Source: Patescibacteria group bacterium (GTDB taxonomy: Bacteria > Patescibacteriota > Gracilibacteria > UBA1369 > PNNO01). From it: a stretch of 58,895 nt of DNA. The notes below the pieces were generated by a model that made no database searches, had not been told where the DNA came from, and saw only the letters and a list, made by a program, of their open reading frames with translations. The stretch lies in NCBI GenBank assembly GCA_042568575.1, contig JBHPIO010000008.1, positions 1 through 58,895 on the forward strand, given 5' to 3'. How positions within the stretch are numbered: position 1 is the first letter of the stretch; each line of letters opens with the position of its first letter. Positions 1 through 9,504 of this stretch are shown here, piece after piece. A program made the position numbers and the translations under genes.

Positions 1-1
1 T

Positions 2-472
2 GTTTCCACTCTCACACCTTACAAAAAAATAGATCTTGCTGTTCAACTTTTCAATAAAATTGGAAGGCAGTTGGTGATCATCGGCGAAGGCTCACACAAG
101 CCATATCTTCAAAGTATTGCTGGCCCGAATATTTCCTTTTTAGGATTTAAAGACGACGACCTTGTTGCTGAGTATTTCATGAATGCACGTGCTTTCATTT
201 TTCCAGGAGAGGAAGACTTTGGAATTACTCCTATTGAAGCAATGGCGAGTGGGAAGCCAGTTCTTGCCTATGGAAAAGGTGGGACTCTAGAAACAGTTAT
301 TCCTGGAGTTACCGGTGAATTTTTCCATAAGCCTACTGTTTCCTCAATGGAAGAAGGCCTAGCTAAACTTCTCACAAATGAGAAAAAGTATGTAGTGAGC
401 AAAATGAGGGAGCAGGCCGAAAAGTTCTCTCAAAAAACATTTGAGAAGGAAATACGAGCAGCCTTATTGTAA
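2..472 (+). CDS. Glycosyltransferase family 4 (GT-B), C-terminal part; gene begins upstream of the window
   Basis: Frame open from position 2 (VSTLTPYKKIDLAV...); EDFGITPIEAMASGKPV GT4 signature. Confidence 0.9.
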   Translation, partial: VSTLTPYKKIDLAVQLFNKIGRQLVIIGEGSHKPYLQSIAGPNISFLGFKDDDLVAEYFMNARAFIFPGEEDFGITPIEAMASGKPVLAYGKGGTLETVIPGVTGEFFHKPTVSSMEEGLAKLLTNEKKYVVSKMREQAEKFSQKTFEKEIRAALL

Positions 473-2725
473 AGCTAAGTCTGGCTGAGCAAGTGTTTGT
501 TTAATTGCCGTTGCTAGCCTTTCAACTCTAAATGGTTTTTTTAAGGCTGTTCTGTATACTGCACTTTCATCATCACTATTTCCCATATAAATAATTTTTA
601 ACTTAGGATGCTCTTCTACTAATTGTCTTTCCCATCCATCTGGACTTGAAAGTGCTATATCCACAAGTATCAAATCTGGACTATCACCATTCATACCCAT
701 AAGTTCTTCTTCACTTTCAAAAACTACCACCGTATAACCACACCTGGTTAACATCGTTTCACATAAATTTCCAAAATCTCTACTTGTTGCTACAACGCCA
801 ATACTACCTCTTCCTTTTAATGACTCCGGGATTAGTTTCCTCATATCGATCCTTTGACTTTTTCGCACACCTTCAACTCTAGGGAAACGCATTTTCACCT
901 TAGTACCAACTCCTGGTATCGATTCTATCTCAATCTCTCCATTATTTTGCTCAATAAGTGCTTTTACTACAGAAAGGCCCATACCCTTTCCTTTCCCAAC
1001 TTCTTTTGTCGTAAAAAATGGATCAAACACCTTTGACTGATGCTCACCACTAATTCCCGCCCCGCTATCTATTACCTCTACAAGAACGTTCCTTCCTTCA
1101 TTTGAAGCTCTTAAAATCAACCTTCCTCCATCTGGCATTGCATCTGAAGAATTTAAAGCCAGACGAGAAAATGCTTCCTTCAATTGTTGGATATCGATTC
1201 TAATATTACCAATATCTTTCGGACATTCTGTTGTAATTTCTACTTCAGGCCTATTAAGATAACCTCTTATTGAAGTTGCCATTTCTCTTAAAACTTCCTC
1301 GGCAAGATTATAGACATGTGGCTCCGCATCCTGCTTCAGACTAATTTTCAAGAGTTCATCAATAATCTCCCTACTTCTATTGCATGCATCTTGAATACGT
1401 TTAATGTTTTCATCCACCTTCGCACCTTTTTCAATCAAATCGGCAGCACCACTTATTCTTGCAACAGTATTATTTAGTTCGTGTGAGATTCCTGCAGCAA
1501 GCATATTAACCAAATCCCCACGACGCCTTTCTTCTCTTTTCGCCATTTCTGTTATATCTACAACAGAAAGTAGCGTTCTTGATAAACCAGAATCGCTGTC
1601 TGGCACACTTATCAATCTAGCCATGACTTTTCTTGTATCACCTTCTGCAGTTCTTATTGTTGTTTCAGTTTCAGAAAAATCCCTTCCTTCAGATAGTGCA
1701 ACAAAAAATTCAATAAGCGCTTCGATTGTTTCTTTGGTGCAATACTCTTCAAAATCACTGACAACATCTTTCCGATCCACACCAATTATTTCCCTGGTTT
1801 TTGCATTCACTCGCATGACCTTCAGCTTCCTCACAAGATTAAAAAGCTCATCATGATGTCCACTTAAATGTTTTCTTAAATCCTCTACTCCCAATTGAAT
1901 CAAAGCATTAATAACTTCTCTCGATGCAGAAAAATCTACCTCCATTAACGCTACTGGCGTTTCTTTAAATAATTGTTCGTACTGACCTGACTTTAGTCTT
2001 GCCACTTTTTGAGAATGCCTGAGTTGCTTTTTCAAAGCAGCTTGCTTCGAATTATCCGTTATTGCAACAGCAATTTCGCCACTCGACTGTTGTTCCAAAA
2101 CTACGTTAACAGAAAATTTCTTTTGCTGATTATGTCCACAAAGAATACATTCAAATGAAACTGACTCTAAACTAGTTCTACAAATTCTTAGTATCCCCTG
2201 TTTCATTAAGCGCAAACTGCGCGGATGAAATATCTGTGACAAAGAAAGGTTATCAAGCATTTCATATGGAAGCCCTAATTCGTCCGCAAAAAACTGTAAA
2301 GTTGGAGGATCGGCTTCTACTTTTTCCGTATTGGGATTTATCATAATACTTATAGGACGAAACTCCTCGGGACCTTTTGTTGCTTCCATAGTCTCACTCA
2401 CGCCTGCTTTAAAGATTGCAGCAAGAGCAACAATTCTTATATCGATATCACCCTGCTTTCGAACTTCCGCATCAACAATTCCAAGGATTGCATTTACTGA
2501 TGGGGGACACTGCAAATCTTCAGCTGCATCTAAAATAAAGTGAGCAATTTTCCTGATAAGTGGAATCGTTTTTTGAACTCCGTCAACTTCACCATGCAGA
2601 GCCAGATAATTAATCTCGCTGGCTTCCTTACCAGACAACCACTTAACTAAAGCGTCAGCTTCTTCAATATGTTCTTTGCTCCATTTACAATCCGATACTC
2701 TTCTCAAACTATCAAGTGAATTCAT
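464..2725 (-). CDS. Soluble hybrid histidine kinase (PAS-like, HisKA, HATPase_c, degenerate receiver)
   Basis: H-box AAGISHELNN; N-box LNSSDAM; DSGAG; FDPFFTTK; GKGMGL; C-terminal DLILVD...KPF receiver-like domain; no TM segment. Confidence 0.85.
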   Translation of the reverse strand: MNSLDSLRRVSDCKWSKEHIEEADALVKWLSGKEASEINYLALHGEVDGVQKTIPLIRKIAHFILDAAEDLQCPPSVNAILGIVDAEVRKQGDIDIRIVALAAIFKAGVSETMEATKGPEEFRPISIMINPNTEKVEADPPTLQFFADELGLPYEMLDNLSLSQIFHPRSLRLMKQGILRICRTSLESVSFECILCGHNQQKKFSVNVVLEQQSSGEIAVAITDNSKQAALKKQLRHSQKVARLKSGQYEQLFKETPVALMEVDFSASREVINALIQLGVEDLRKHLSGHHDELFNLVRKLKVMRVNAKTREIIGVDRKDVVSDFEEYCTKETIEALIEFFVALSEGRDFSETETTIRTAEGDTRKVMARLISVPDSDSGLSRTLLSVVDITEMAKREERRRGDLVNMLAAGISHELNNTVARISGAADLIEKGAKVDENIKRIQDACNRSREIIDELLKISLKQDAEPHVYNLAEEVLREMATSIRGYLNRPEVEITTECPKDIGNIRIDIQQLKEAFSRLALNSSDAMPDGGRLILRASNEGRNVLVEVIDSGAGISGEHQSKVFDPFFTTKEVGKGKGMGLSVVKALIEQNNGEIEIESIPGVGTKVKMRFPRVEGVRKSQRIDMRKLIPESLKGRGSIGVVATSRDFGNLCETMLTRCGYTVVVFESEEELMGMNGDSPDLILVDIALSSPDGWERQLVEEHPKLKIIYMGNSDDESAVYRTALKKPFRVERLATAIKQTLAQPDLALQ

Positions 2726-2867
2726 TTATTTTAGTAATTTTAGTATTTGTTTTATTCTAAGGTGAATTTTGAAGAGTACGCACTAAAATTTATAAAAATT
2801 TTAAGAAAAGGAAGCTTGCCGCATTGATGTTTTTTTGCTAATTTAATCCCCCAACATAACATTTTCC

Positions 2868-4451
2868 ATGTCAGAAGTTTCATTATATAGAAAATACAGG
2901 CCACAGAACTTTCAAAACCTTGTAGGGCAGGATCATATTCGAACAACTCTTTCGAATGCGCTTCAGGAAGGGCATCCAGCTCATGCTTATCTTTTTTGCG
3001 GCCCTAGAGGAACCGGAAAAACTTCTACAGCGAGACTTCTAGCAAAAGCTTTAAACTGCCTTCAATTAACTGAAGAAGGAGAACCATGTGATACATGTGA
3101 ATTGTGTGAGGCTATCCGTGAAGGAAATTTGATTGATCTTATTGAGATTGATGCAGCTTCTAATCGCGGAATCGATGAAATTCGTGAACTTAAAGATAAA
3201 ATCAATTTTGCTCCAACTCGTTCAAAGAGCAAAGTTTACATCATCGATGAGGTGCACATGCTCACAAAAGAAGCCTTTAACGCACTTTTAAAAACTTTGG
3301 AAGAGCCACCAAGTCATGTTTATTTTGTTTTGGCCACAACTGAATCGCATAAAATTCCGGAAACAATTATTTCAAGATGTCAGAGATTTGATTTTAAACG
3401 AATCACGCAAAAGGCTATATCTACACGTTTAATGTATATTGCTCAGCTTGAGAATATTGAAATCGAACAGGAAGCAATAGATGCAATTGCGCATACAGCT
3501 GAAGGTGGCCTGCGCGACGCAATCGGATTACTTGAACAACTGACAATAGATAATAAGCTAACTTTCGATAGAGTTCGTGAAGTCCTTGGAATTAGTGGTC
3601 CATCATCGCTTGAAGATCTTTACAAACATCTAGCAGCAAACGACACACAATCTGGACTTGTAGAAATACAAAACTTGTACGCTGAAGGTCTTGATTTAAT
3701 TCAATTTACAAAGGATTTCCTAGAACATTTAAGAGTTAAACTTCTTGATGCAACTCAGCAAGGAAACATGCAGGAAACCAAAGCTTTGCTTGGAATAATC
3801 AATAATTTCCAAAAAGCTTATGACCAACTAAAAAGAACAACAATCCCTCAACTTCCGCTTGAAATAGCAATCATTGAGACAACAGGGAATTTAGAAAACG
3901 TTGTAGTTAAGGCAGCACCAAAGCAAACGGAACAAGTACAGGTTCCTGCACCTACTCCGATGCCTGCCACTGAACCACCTGAACTACAGGCACCTAAAGC
4001 AGTTCCACAAGAAGAACCTGCGCAACCTGAACGAGCTCATACTGGAATTAAAAGAAATATTTCCGAACAAGAACGTGAAGTCCCTCAAGAAAAAGTCCCG
4101 CTTACAATAAGCTACGTTAAAGAAAACTGGCCGCGTGTTCTTGATCTTATCAAGACACCTTTCCTTAAAATGAGTCTTAAAGAAGGAAAGCCGATTAGTG
4201 TTGAAAACGGAGAAGTTATGATTGAATTTACCTCGAGTTTCCATAAAGAAAAAATCAATTCCGCTGAGATTACTGTAGAAGTCGAACAAGCCTTAAACAG
4301 CATTTTTGCTGATCCAGCAAAAGTTGTTTACTCACTTCGAAAAGTTGATCTTTCAACCAAATCAGTTGATGAAGAAGAGTCTGCAGAAGATGAAGGAGAT
4401 CTTGCGGGTCAAGCTCTAGAAATGTTTGGTGGAGAACTTATTGAGGAGTAA
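2868..4451 (+). CDS. dnaX: DNA polymerase III subunit gamma/tau
   Basis: LYRKYRP, GPRGTGKTS Walker A, Cys4 Zn site, EIDAAS, IIDEVHML, SRCQ. Confidence 0.97.
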   Translation: MSEVSLYRKYRPQNFQNLVGQDHIRTTLSNALQEGHPAHAYLFCGPRGTGKTSTARLLAKALNCLQLTEEGEPCDTCELCEAIREGNLIDLIEIDAASNRGIDEIRELKDKINFAPTRSKSKVYIIDEVHMLTKEAFNALLKTLEEPPSHVYFVLATTESHKIPETIISRCQRFDFKRITQKAISTRLMYIAQLENIEIEQEAIDAIAHTAEGGLRDAIGLLEQLTIDNKLTFDRVREVLGISGPSSLEDLYKHLAANDTQSGLVEIQNLYAEGLDLIQFTKDFLEHLRVKLLDATQQGNMQETKALLGIINNFQKAYDQLKRTTIPQLPLEIAIIETTGNLENVVVKAAPKQTEQVQVPAPTPMPATEPPELQAPKAVPQEEPAQPERAHTGIKRNISEQEREVPQEKVPLTISYVKENWPRVLDLIKTPFLKMSLKEGKPISVENGEVMIEFTSSFHKEKINSAEITVEVEQALNSIFADPAKVVYSLRKVDLSTKSVDEEESAEDEGDLAGQALEMFGGELIEE

Positions 4452-6564
4452 GAAGCTTTTTAAATTTCTCTTCACTCAATACTTCAATCCCAAGTTCAGC
4501 TGCTTTTTTAAGCTTACTTCCAGCCTTTTCACCAGCAACAACATAATCTGTTTTTGCGCTTACGGAACTGTGAACATGCCCACCGCCTTCTTTTATCAGA
4601 GTCTTTGCCTGGTCGCGAGTCATGGTTTCTAAAGTACCAGTTAGAACAAAACTCTTATTAGTAATCGCTGTTTTCTTTTGTTCCTTTGGAAGAATCAAAG
4701 TTAAACCAACGTCATAAAGTTTCTTAAATAATTTTCGATTCTGTTTTTGCGAGAACCATTCCATCACTGCACCAGCTACTTTTCCTCCAACGCCTTCAAC
4801 ATTTTCAAGTTCTTCAATATTGATAGAATCAATAGTTTCAAGAATATCTATCGGGGTGATCAAATCATCCTTGGACATTTTTTCTATAACTTCTTCTTCT
4901 CCAAACAAACTAGCTTGCCCTTTCTTCTCAATCTTCACAGTCTTTAATTTTTCTGAGCTCCTTTTCAAATGTTGTTTAACAAATTGAGCTAGGTCGCTAC
5001 TGGCCTTCTCTCCAAGGTATCTAAGTCCAAGTCCAAACAAGAACCTTTCAAGTTCTATCTGTTTTTTTGTCTGAATCGCCTCGTAAACTTTTTGTGCACG
5101 TTTTTCTTTGAACAAAGCCAAATTATAGAAATCGGCAACCTGAAGAATGAAGATATCTGCAGGATCTTTTATCAAATCAAATTCAACAAGTTGATCGATG
5201 ACTTTGATTCCCAGGCCATCAATATTAAATGCCGCCTTCGAAACAAAATGATAAAAATTTCGCAGAGTTTTTGCAGAACAATCCGGATTTATACAACGAT
5301 AAGCAGCCTCACCTTCTTTTCGATCAACTTCTCCATCACATACCGGACACTCCTTTGGGAAATGAAACTTCCTTTCTTTTCCAGTTCGAAGATTTGTCAT
5401 GACTTCAACAACTTCCGGAATTACATCTCCAGCTTTCTGAATGATCACCGTGTCCCCTATTCTAACGTCCTTTTTAGCTATTTCGTCCTCATTATGAAGA
5501 GTTGCACGTGAAATTGTGGAACCAGCAACTAAAACCGGCTTTAAATGCGCTACAGGCGTTAAGGCGCCTGTTCGTCCAACCTGAATTTGAATGTCTTCAA
5601 CCAAAGTAGTTGCCTGTTCCGCTGGAAATTTATACGCGAGCATAAAGCGAGGAAACTTTGCCGTGAATCCCATCTTTTTTTGCTGATTCTTATTATTCAC
5701 TTTAATAACAATGCCATCCACTTCGTATGGCATGTCATGTCTTTTATCATGCCAACTTTCGCAAAATTTAATAACTTCATCAATTGATTTAAATGTATGC
5801 CACTCGGGATTAACTTTTAGCCCGATTTTCGTAAATTCTTCAAGGATTTGCTCCTGTTTTTTTGGTTCTTCCTTCAAATCTGAAGCGCCAAGTTCATAGA
5901 AGAACGCGTCAAGCTTGCGGGATGCTGCCACTTGCGGATCCAACTGCCTTATTGTCCCTGCCGCAGCATTACGAGGATTTGCAAATGGCTCTTCTCCTTT
6001 TGCCTCCTGCTCTTTGTTAACTTTTTCGAAACTCTTCTTTGGCATATAAACTTCTCCCGAAGCCTCAATTGTTATTTTTTCATTTAGCTCAAGAGGTATG
6101 CTCTCGATTGTTTTAATTGTATGTGTGACATCTTCACCCTCAACACCATTTCCACGAGTAATAGCTCGCACAAATTTGCCGTCTCGATAATGAACAGTGA
6201 TATTCAAACCGTCTATTTTCAGTTCACATGTAAAGGCAATATTCTCCCCAGGAACAAGTTTAGTAACTCTCCCTCCCCATTCACGTACTTCTTCAGCAGA
6301 GAAGGCATCTTGGAGACTCTTTTTTGGCGAAATATGCTTAATTTTTGCAAATCTCCCTGACAAAACACTCCCAACACGTTGAGTTGGAGAATCAGAAGTA
6401 ATCAAATCAGGATAATGGTTTTCAAGCTCAATTAACTCCTTTTTTAAAGAATCACGAACAGCCTCCGAGACATCAGATTTATCTAAAACAAAATAATCGT
6501 AGTTACGTTTTTTTATCTCTTCACGAAGTTTTTGAATTCTTTCTTTTGCTTGCTTTAAGTCCAT
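4438..6564 (-). CDS. ligA: NAD-dependent DNA ligase
   Basis: ELKIDG adenylation motif, TRGNG, NPRNAAAG, Zn finger CPVC, HhH, C-terminal BRCT (FVLTGTL...AGSKL). Confidence 0.97.
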   Translation of the reverse strand: MDLKQAKERIQKLREEIKKRNYDYFVLDKSDVSEAVRDSLKKELIELENHYPDLITSDSPTQRVGSVLSGRFAKIKHISPKKSLQDAFSAEEVREWGGRVTKLVPGENIAFTCELKIDGLNITVHYRDGKFVRAITRGNGVEGEDVTHTIKTIESIPLELNEKITIEASGEVYMPKKSFEKVNKEQEAKGEEPFANPRNAAAGTIRQLDPQVAASRKLDAFFYELGASDLKEEPKKQEQILEEFTKIGLKVNPEWHTFKSIDEVIKFCESWHDKRHDMPYEVDGIVIKVNNKNQQKKMGFTAKFPRFMLAYKFPAEQATTLVEDIQIQVGRTGALTPVAHLKPVLVAGSTISRATLHNEDEIAKKDVRIGDTVIIQKAGDVIPEVVEVMTNLRTGKERKFHFPKECPVCDGEVDRKEGEAAYRCINPDCSAKTLRNFYHFVSKAAFNIDGLGIKVIDQLVEFDLIKDPADIFILQVADFYNLALFKEKRAQKVYEAIQTKKQIELERFLFGLGLRYLGEKASSDLAQFVKQHLKRSSEKLKTVKIEKKGQASLFGEEEVIEKMSKDDLITPIDILETIDSINIEELENVEGVGGKVAGAVMEWFSQKQNRKLFKKLYDVGLTLILPKEQKKTAITNKSFVLTGTLETMTRDQAKTLIKEGGGHVHSSVSAKTDYVVAGEKAGSKLKKAAELGIEVLSEEKFKKLLTPQ

Positions 6565-6643
6565 TGAAAATAACTTAGAATTTTGGTATAATAATAGGAA
6601 AACTCATGAATTACCACTCTGCATTATAACTAAAATAATTCAA

Positions 6644-7057
6644 ATGGACGAGCAACAATTCACACAAGGAAAAAAATTAGTTGATGAATCCCTTATGAAT
6701 CAGGGAATAGACGAAAATGTTCAACAAATGATCAACCAGCCACAGGCAGATCCTACTGGTGTTGATGATGCTGATAAAGAGTTCATGAAACTTGTTATGA
6801 AGCTAATTGAAGATGGGGCTATCGACCTTTATCGTCCTGAAACGCTCATGAACAAGGAAGTTTATGATTCTTTAGATGAAGCTAATAAGGGGAAAGCAGA
6901 CACAAATGCTGTCCCTCTTCTTGGTGACATTCGAAATATAAAGAAGCTTTATGAAGCAGGCGACAGAGAAAGTTATCAGATTCAAAATTTAATACATCGT
7001 GTTCGTTTAACCAAAGAACGTTTGGAAAACGAATGCGGCAATGTATATATTATTTAA
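6644..7057 (+). CDS. Hypothetical protein (137 aa, acidic, helical)
   Basis: ATG-started ORF with genome-typical codon usage, divergent from ligA. Confidence 0.75.
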   Translation: MDEQQFTQGKKLVDESLMNQGIDENVQQMINQPQADPTGVDDADKEFMKLVMKLIEDGAIDLYRPETLMNKEVYDSLDEANKGKADTNAVPLLGDIRNIKKLYEAGDRESYQIQNLIHRVRLTKERLENECGNVYII

Positions 7058-7066
7058 TAGTTCCAG

Positions 7067-7978
7067 ATGGAAGGAAGCATAAGAAAAAGCGGCACACCGA
7101 AAGGAGCTCCACAAAGAGGATCAAAAGAAGGAGCTGGCACTTCTCCTGCACCACTAGATGCAAAGGCTGCACAGCGAACTGAAGCAGCAAAAAAACATGC
7201 TGCAGGCAAAGAAGAGGTAATTGCTGGGACAAAAAAGAAAAAGAAAGATTTACTTTCTAATGTCAGAAAATCATTGGGATACGCTCATACATCAGGTTTA
7301 GGAAGAACTTTGAAAACTTTTATCGAGAGACTCCAGTTAGTTTCAGCAAGCTTTAAAGGATTAGGAAATTATGATTTTGGAGAGCTTGTTTATGGTTACA
7401 ATGGGCCTCTTAAAAAGAGTATGAAACAATTGGAAACACAGCTCAAAAAGCATGTTAAAAAAGTTCCGGAGGCAGAGTTAGCAAAACTTGCTTCAAAACA
7501 AGAAGAACTTGATAAAGTGGTTGCAAATGAAACTGCGGGTGCATATTTGTTTAGAGCACTTGGATTCATGCCACCAGCTACACCTAAAGGAATTGATAAA
7601 AACACATTTCTTCTTCAGGCAATTTTAGTGAAATTAAAAATATCTGATTCACAAAAAAAGCATAGTCTAATCGGACGAAAAGAGATTTTCAAAGGGATTA
7701 ACCCACCAGAAAAGGGATACAAGGGTCCAACTCTCCATAAAAACGATGTAATACTTTTTATGGTGAAAATTAAAGGCGTAAGAACACTTGTTGGTGGCTT
7801 ATATCAAGACGAACCAACTACAAACAATATACGTATTAAAACTCGTGAAAATGGGAAGCTAGTATATAAAACATATCATATGCGAGATGCATTTTTTGCA
7901 TTTGCAGCTCCAGGGAACACAGAGGCAGTCGCTAAGAAAACACCCAAAAAACCTAAAGCAAAGCAAAAGCAGAGTTGA
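7067..7978 (+). CDS. Lys-rich hypothetical protein, possibly with a degenerate NlpC/P60-like C-terminal domain
   Basis: 303-aa ORF, 9 nt after the previous gene; low-complexity basic termini. Confidence 0.7.
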   Translation: MEGSIRKSGTPKGAPQRGSKEGAGTSPAPLDAKAAQRTEAAKKHAAGKEEVIAGTKKKKKDLLSNVRKSLGYAHTSGLGRTLKTFIERLQLVSASFKGLGNYDFGELVYGYNGPLKKSMKQLETQLKKHVKKVPEAELAKLASKQEELDKVVANETAGAYLFRALGFMPPATPKGIDKNTFLLQAILVKLKISDSQKKHSLIGRKEIFKGINPPEKGYKGPTLHKNDVILFMVKIKGVRTLVGGLYQDEPTTNNIRIKTRENGKLVYKTYHMRDAFFAFAAPGNTEAVAKKTPKKPKAKQKQS

Positions 7979-8004
7979 CGGCACCCCTACTTTTTCAGTA
8001 TAAT
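7975..8004 (+). promoter_or_regulatory. Sigma70-type promoter for the 8031 gene
   Basis: TTGACG-18-TATAAT. Confidence 0.55.
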
Positions 8005-8030
8005 AATATAAACACATTAATCAAAAACAA

Positions 8031-8558
8031 ATGCCACAAGACGATGATAACAACATTATAGACTTATCGGGTAATGGATCTACAGAGGAAGAAGATATTC
8101 TTTTAAGTGAAGCAGAACTTCTTGGGACTCCTGCTGGAAATTCAGGGGCAGGAACAGGAACAACAACAGGAGGAACTACAAAGAAACAAACTGCTACTTC
8201 AAAATTTCATATACCTGCAGCCGTTCAAGAAAAATATCCAAATCTTGTTCCGCTAATCCTTGAAACAGAATCAATGGATGATGAAGAACGAGAATATTGG
8301 TTTCAGATTTTACCAATAATGACTCCTGAGCAGGTTGGAAAGTTTAAGGACATTCTAATCAGCGAGAAAGAACAACTTGCAAAACTAGATGCTGAATATG
8401 AGGATGAGCTTGCTAAGATTAATGAAAAACACGTTTCTGAATGGCAAGATTTTGAAACAAAGCAAGAACGTGCACAACGCATGGAAGCCGAAGTTGCTTA
8501 CGAAGAACAAGAATCATCGACAGAAGAAGATCTTCTAAGTAAACTTCAGAATCTTTAA
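8031..8558 (+). CDS. Hypothetical acidic coiled-coil protein (paralog of 19088-19462)
   Basis: 175-aa ORF; helical C-terminal half aligns by eye with the 19088 protein. Confidence 0.8.
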   Translation: MPQDDDNNIIDLSGNGSTEEEDILLSEAELLGTPAGNSGAGTGTTTGGTTKKQTATSKFHIPAAVQEKYPNLVPLILETESMDDEEREYWFQILPIMTPEQVGKFKDILISEKEQLAKLDAEYEDELAKINEKHVSEWQDFETKQERAQRMEAEVAYEEQESSTEEDLLSKLQNL

Positions 8559-8565
8559 AGAGTTT

Positions 8566-9459
8566 TTATATGGGCCTTGCAAGAACTACAAGCCTTTTTA
8601 GGTTTGTCCCGACTGGAGTACATGTAATTAATGTAAGCCTTTCATCGCCGGCTTGAGTAAGAACATCAACCTGGGTTGGCAAAACAACTTTAGTTTCGTA
8701 TACCTCGTATTCATACTTCTCCTGTTTGTGATAAACATATATTTTGTCTCCGATGTTTACATCGTGAAGAAGTGCAAATACATCTTTAAACCTTCCTGGA
8801 TCCCACGGGAAATAAGAACTGTGACCAGTAACAACAATGTTTCCCTCATCACCCGGAAATCCTGTTCCAGGATAATGTACCACTCCGTCCTGTAAGGCAC
8901 TCTGGATTTCTTGCTCAAGTCGAGTCCAATCTCTGTTAATAAGAGCCTCTGTACTCACAGTAACAATTGGTACATTTTTATTTATTCGAGGAATAATAAT
9001 TCTTGTATCTGGCGGAGTGACATCTAAATCAAGATCAGGAATTTGCGTTTTTTGTACTTCTGGATCTTTGCTTAGTGCCATTAGGTCCTGTTCTTGCCCT
9101 GGGTCTCCATGAACAGGAAGCTTAACAGTTTGAACAGGATGCTCCTCGCTATAGTCACTTCCATCTGTATATTCACTTGCAGGCTTAATAAAGCCCAATT
9201 TATTCATAATAATCGTGCTGTACGCATTCCAGTTCATAACAAAAAACAAAACAATAAAGATTGTTGCTGAGGTTGAAATAAAACGTACAGTACTCCAAAG
9301 CTTCTCTCCTTTCACAGGAGCCTTTTTGGGAGCTTCATCTTCAGGTAATTTTTTATGAAACTTCTCAAGTTTTGGTTTTTCCTGATGATTAATTTCCGGA
9401 CCTATGTGCAATTTAAAGGTCTCTTTCTTGTTGTTTTGATTTATATTTTCTTCGGGCAT
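8566..9459 (-). CDS. Sortase
   Basis: N-terminal TM; catalytic triad His (GHSSY), Cys (TLITCTP) and Arg (KRLVV). Confidence 0.92.
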   Translation of the reverse strand: MPEENINQNNKKETFKLHIGPEINHQEKPKLEKFHKKLPEDEAPKKAPVKGEKLWSTVRFISTSATIFIVLFFVMNWNAYSTIIMNKLGFIKPASEYTDGSDYSEEHPVQTVKLPVHGDPGQEQDLMALSKDPEVQKTQIPDLDLDVTPPDTRIIIPRINKNVPIVTVSTEALINRDWTRLEQEIQSALQDGVVHYPGTGFPGDEGNIVVTGHSSYFPWDPGRFKDVFALLHDVNIGDKIYVYHKQEKYEYEVYETKVVLPTQVDVLTQAGDERLTLITCTPVGTNLKRLVVLARPI

Positions 9460-9504
9460 GTAAATTTATTAGTTCCTGTCTTAACATTATACTGGTTTTG
9501 CAGC

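Noticed and set aside
3900-4120. Programmed -1 frameshift in dnaX (gamma/tau)
   Set aside because: No A AAA AAG heptamer or long A run with a stimulatory hairpin seen
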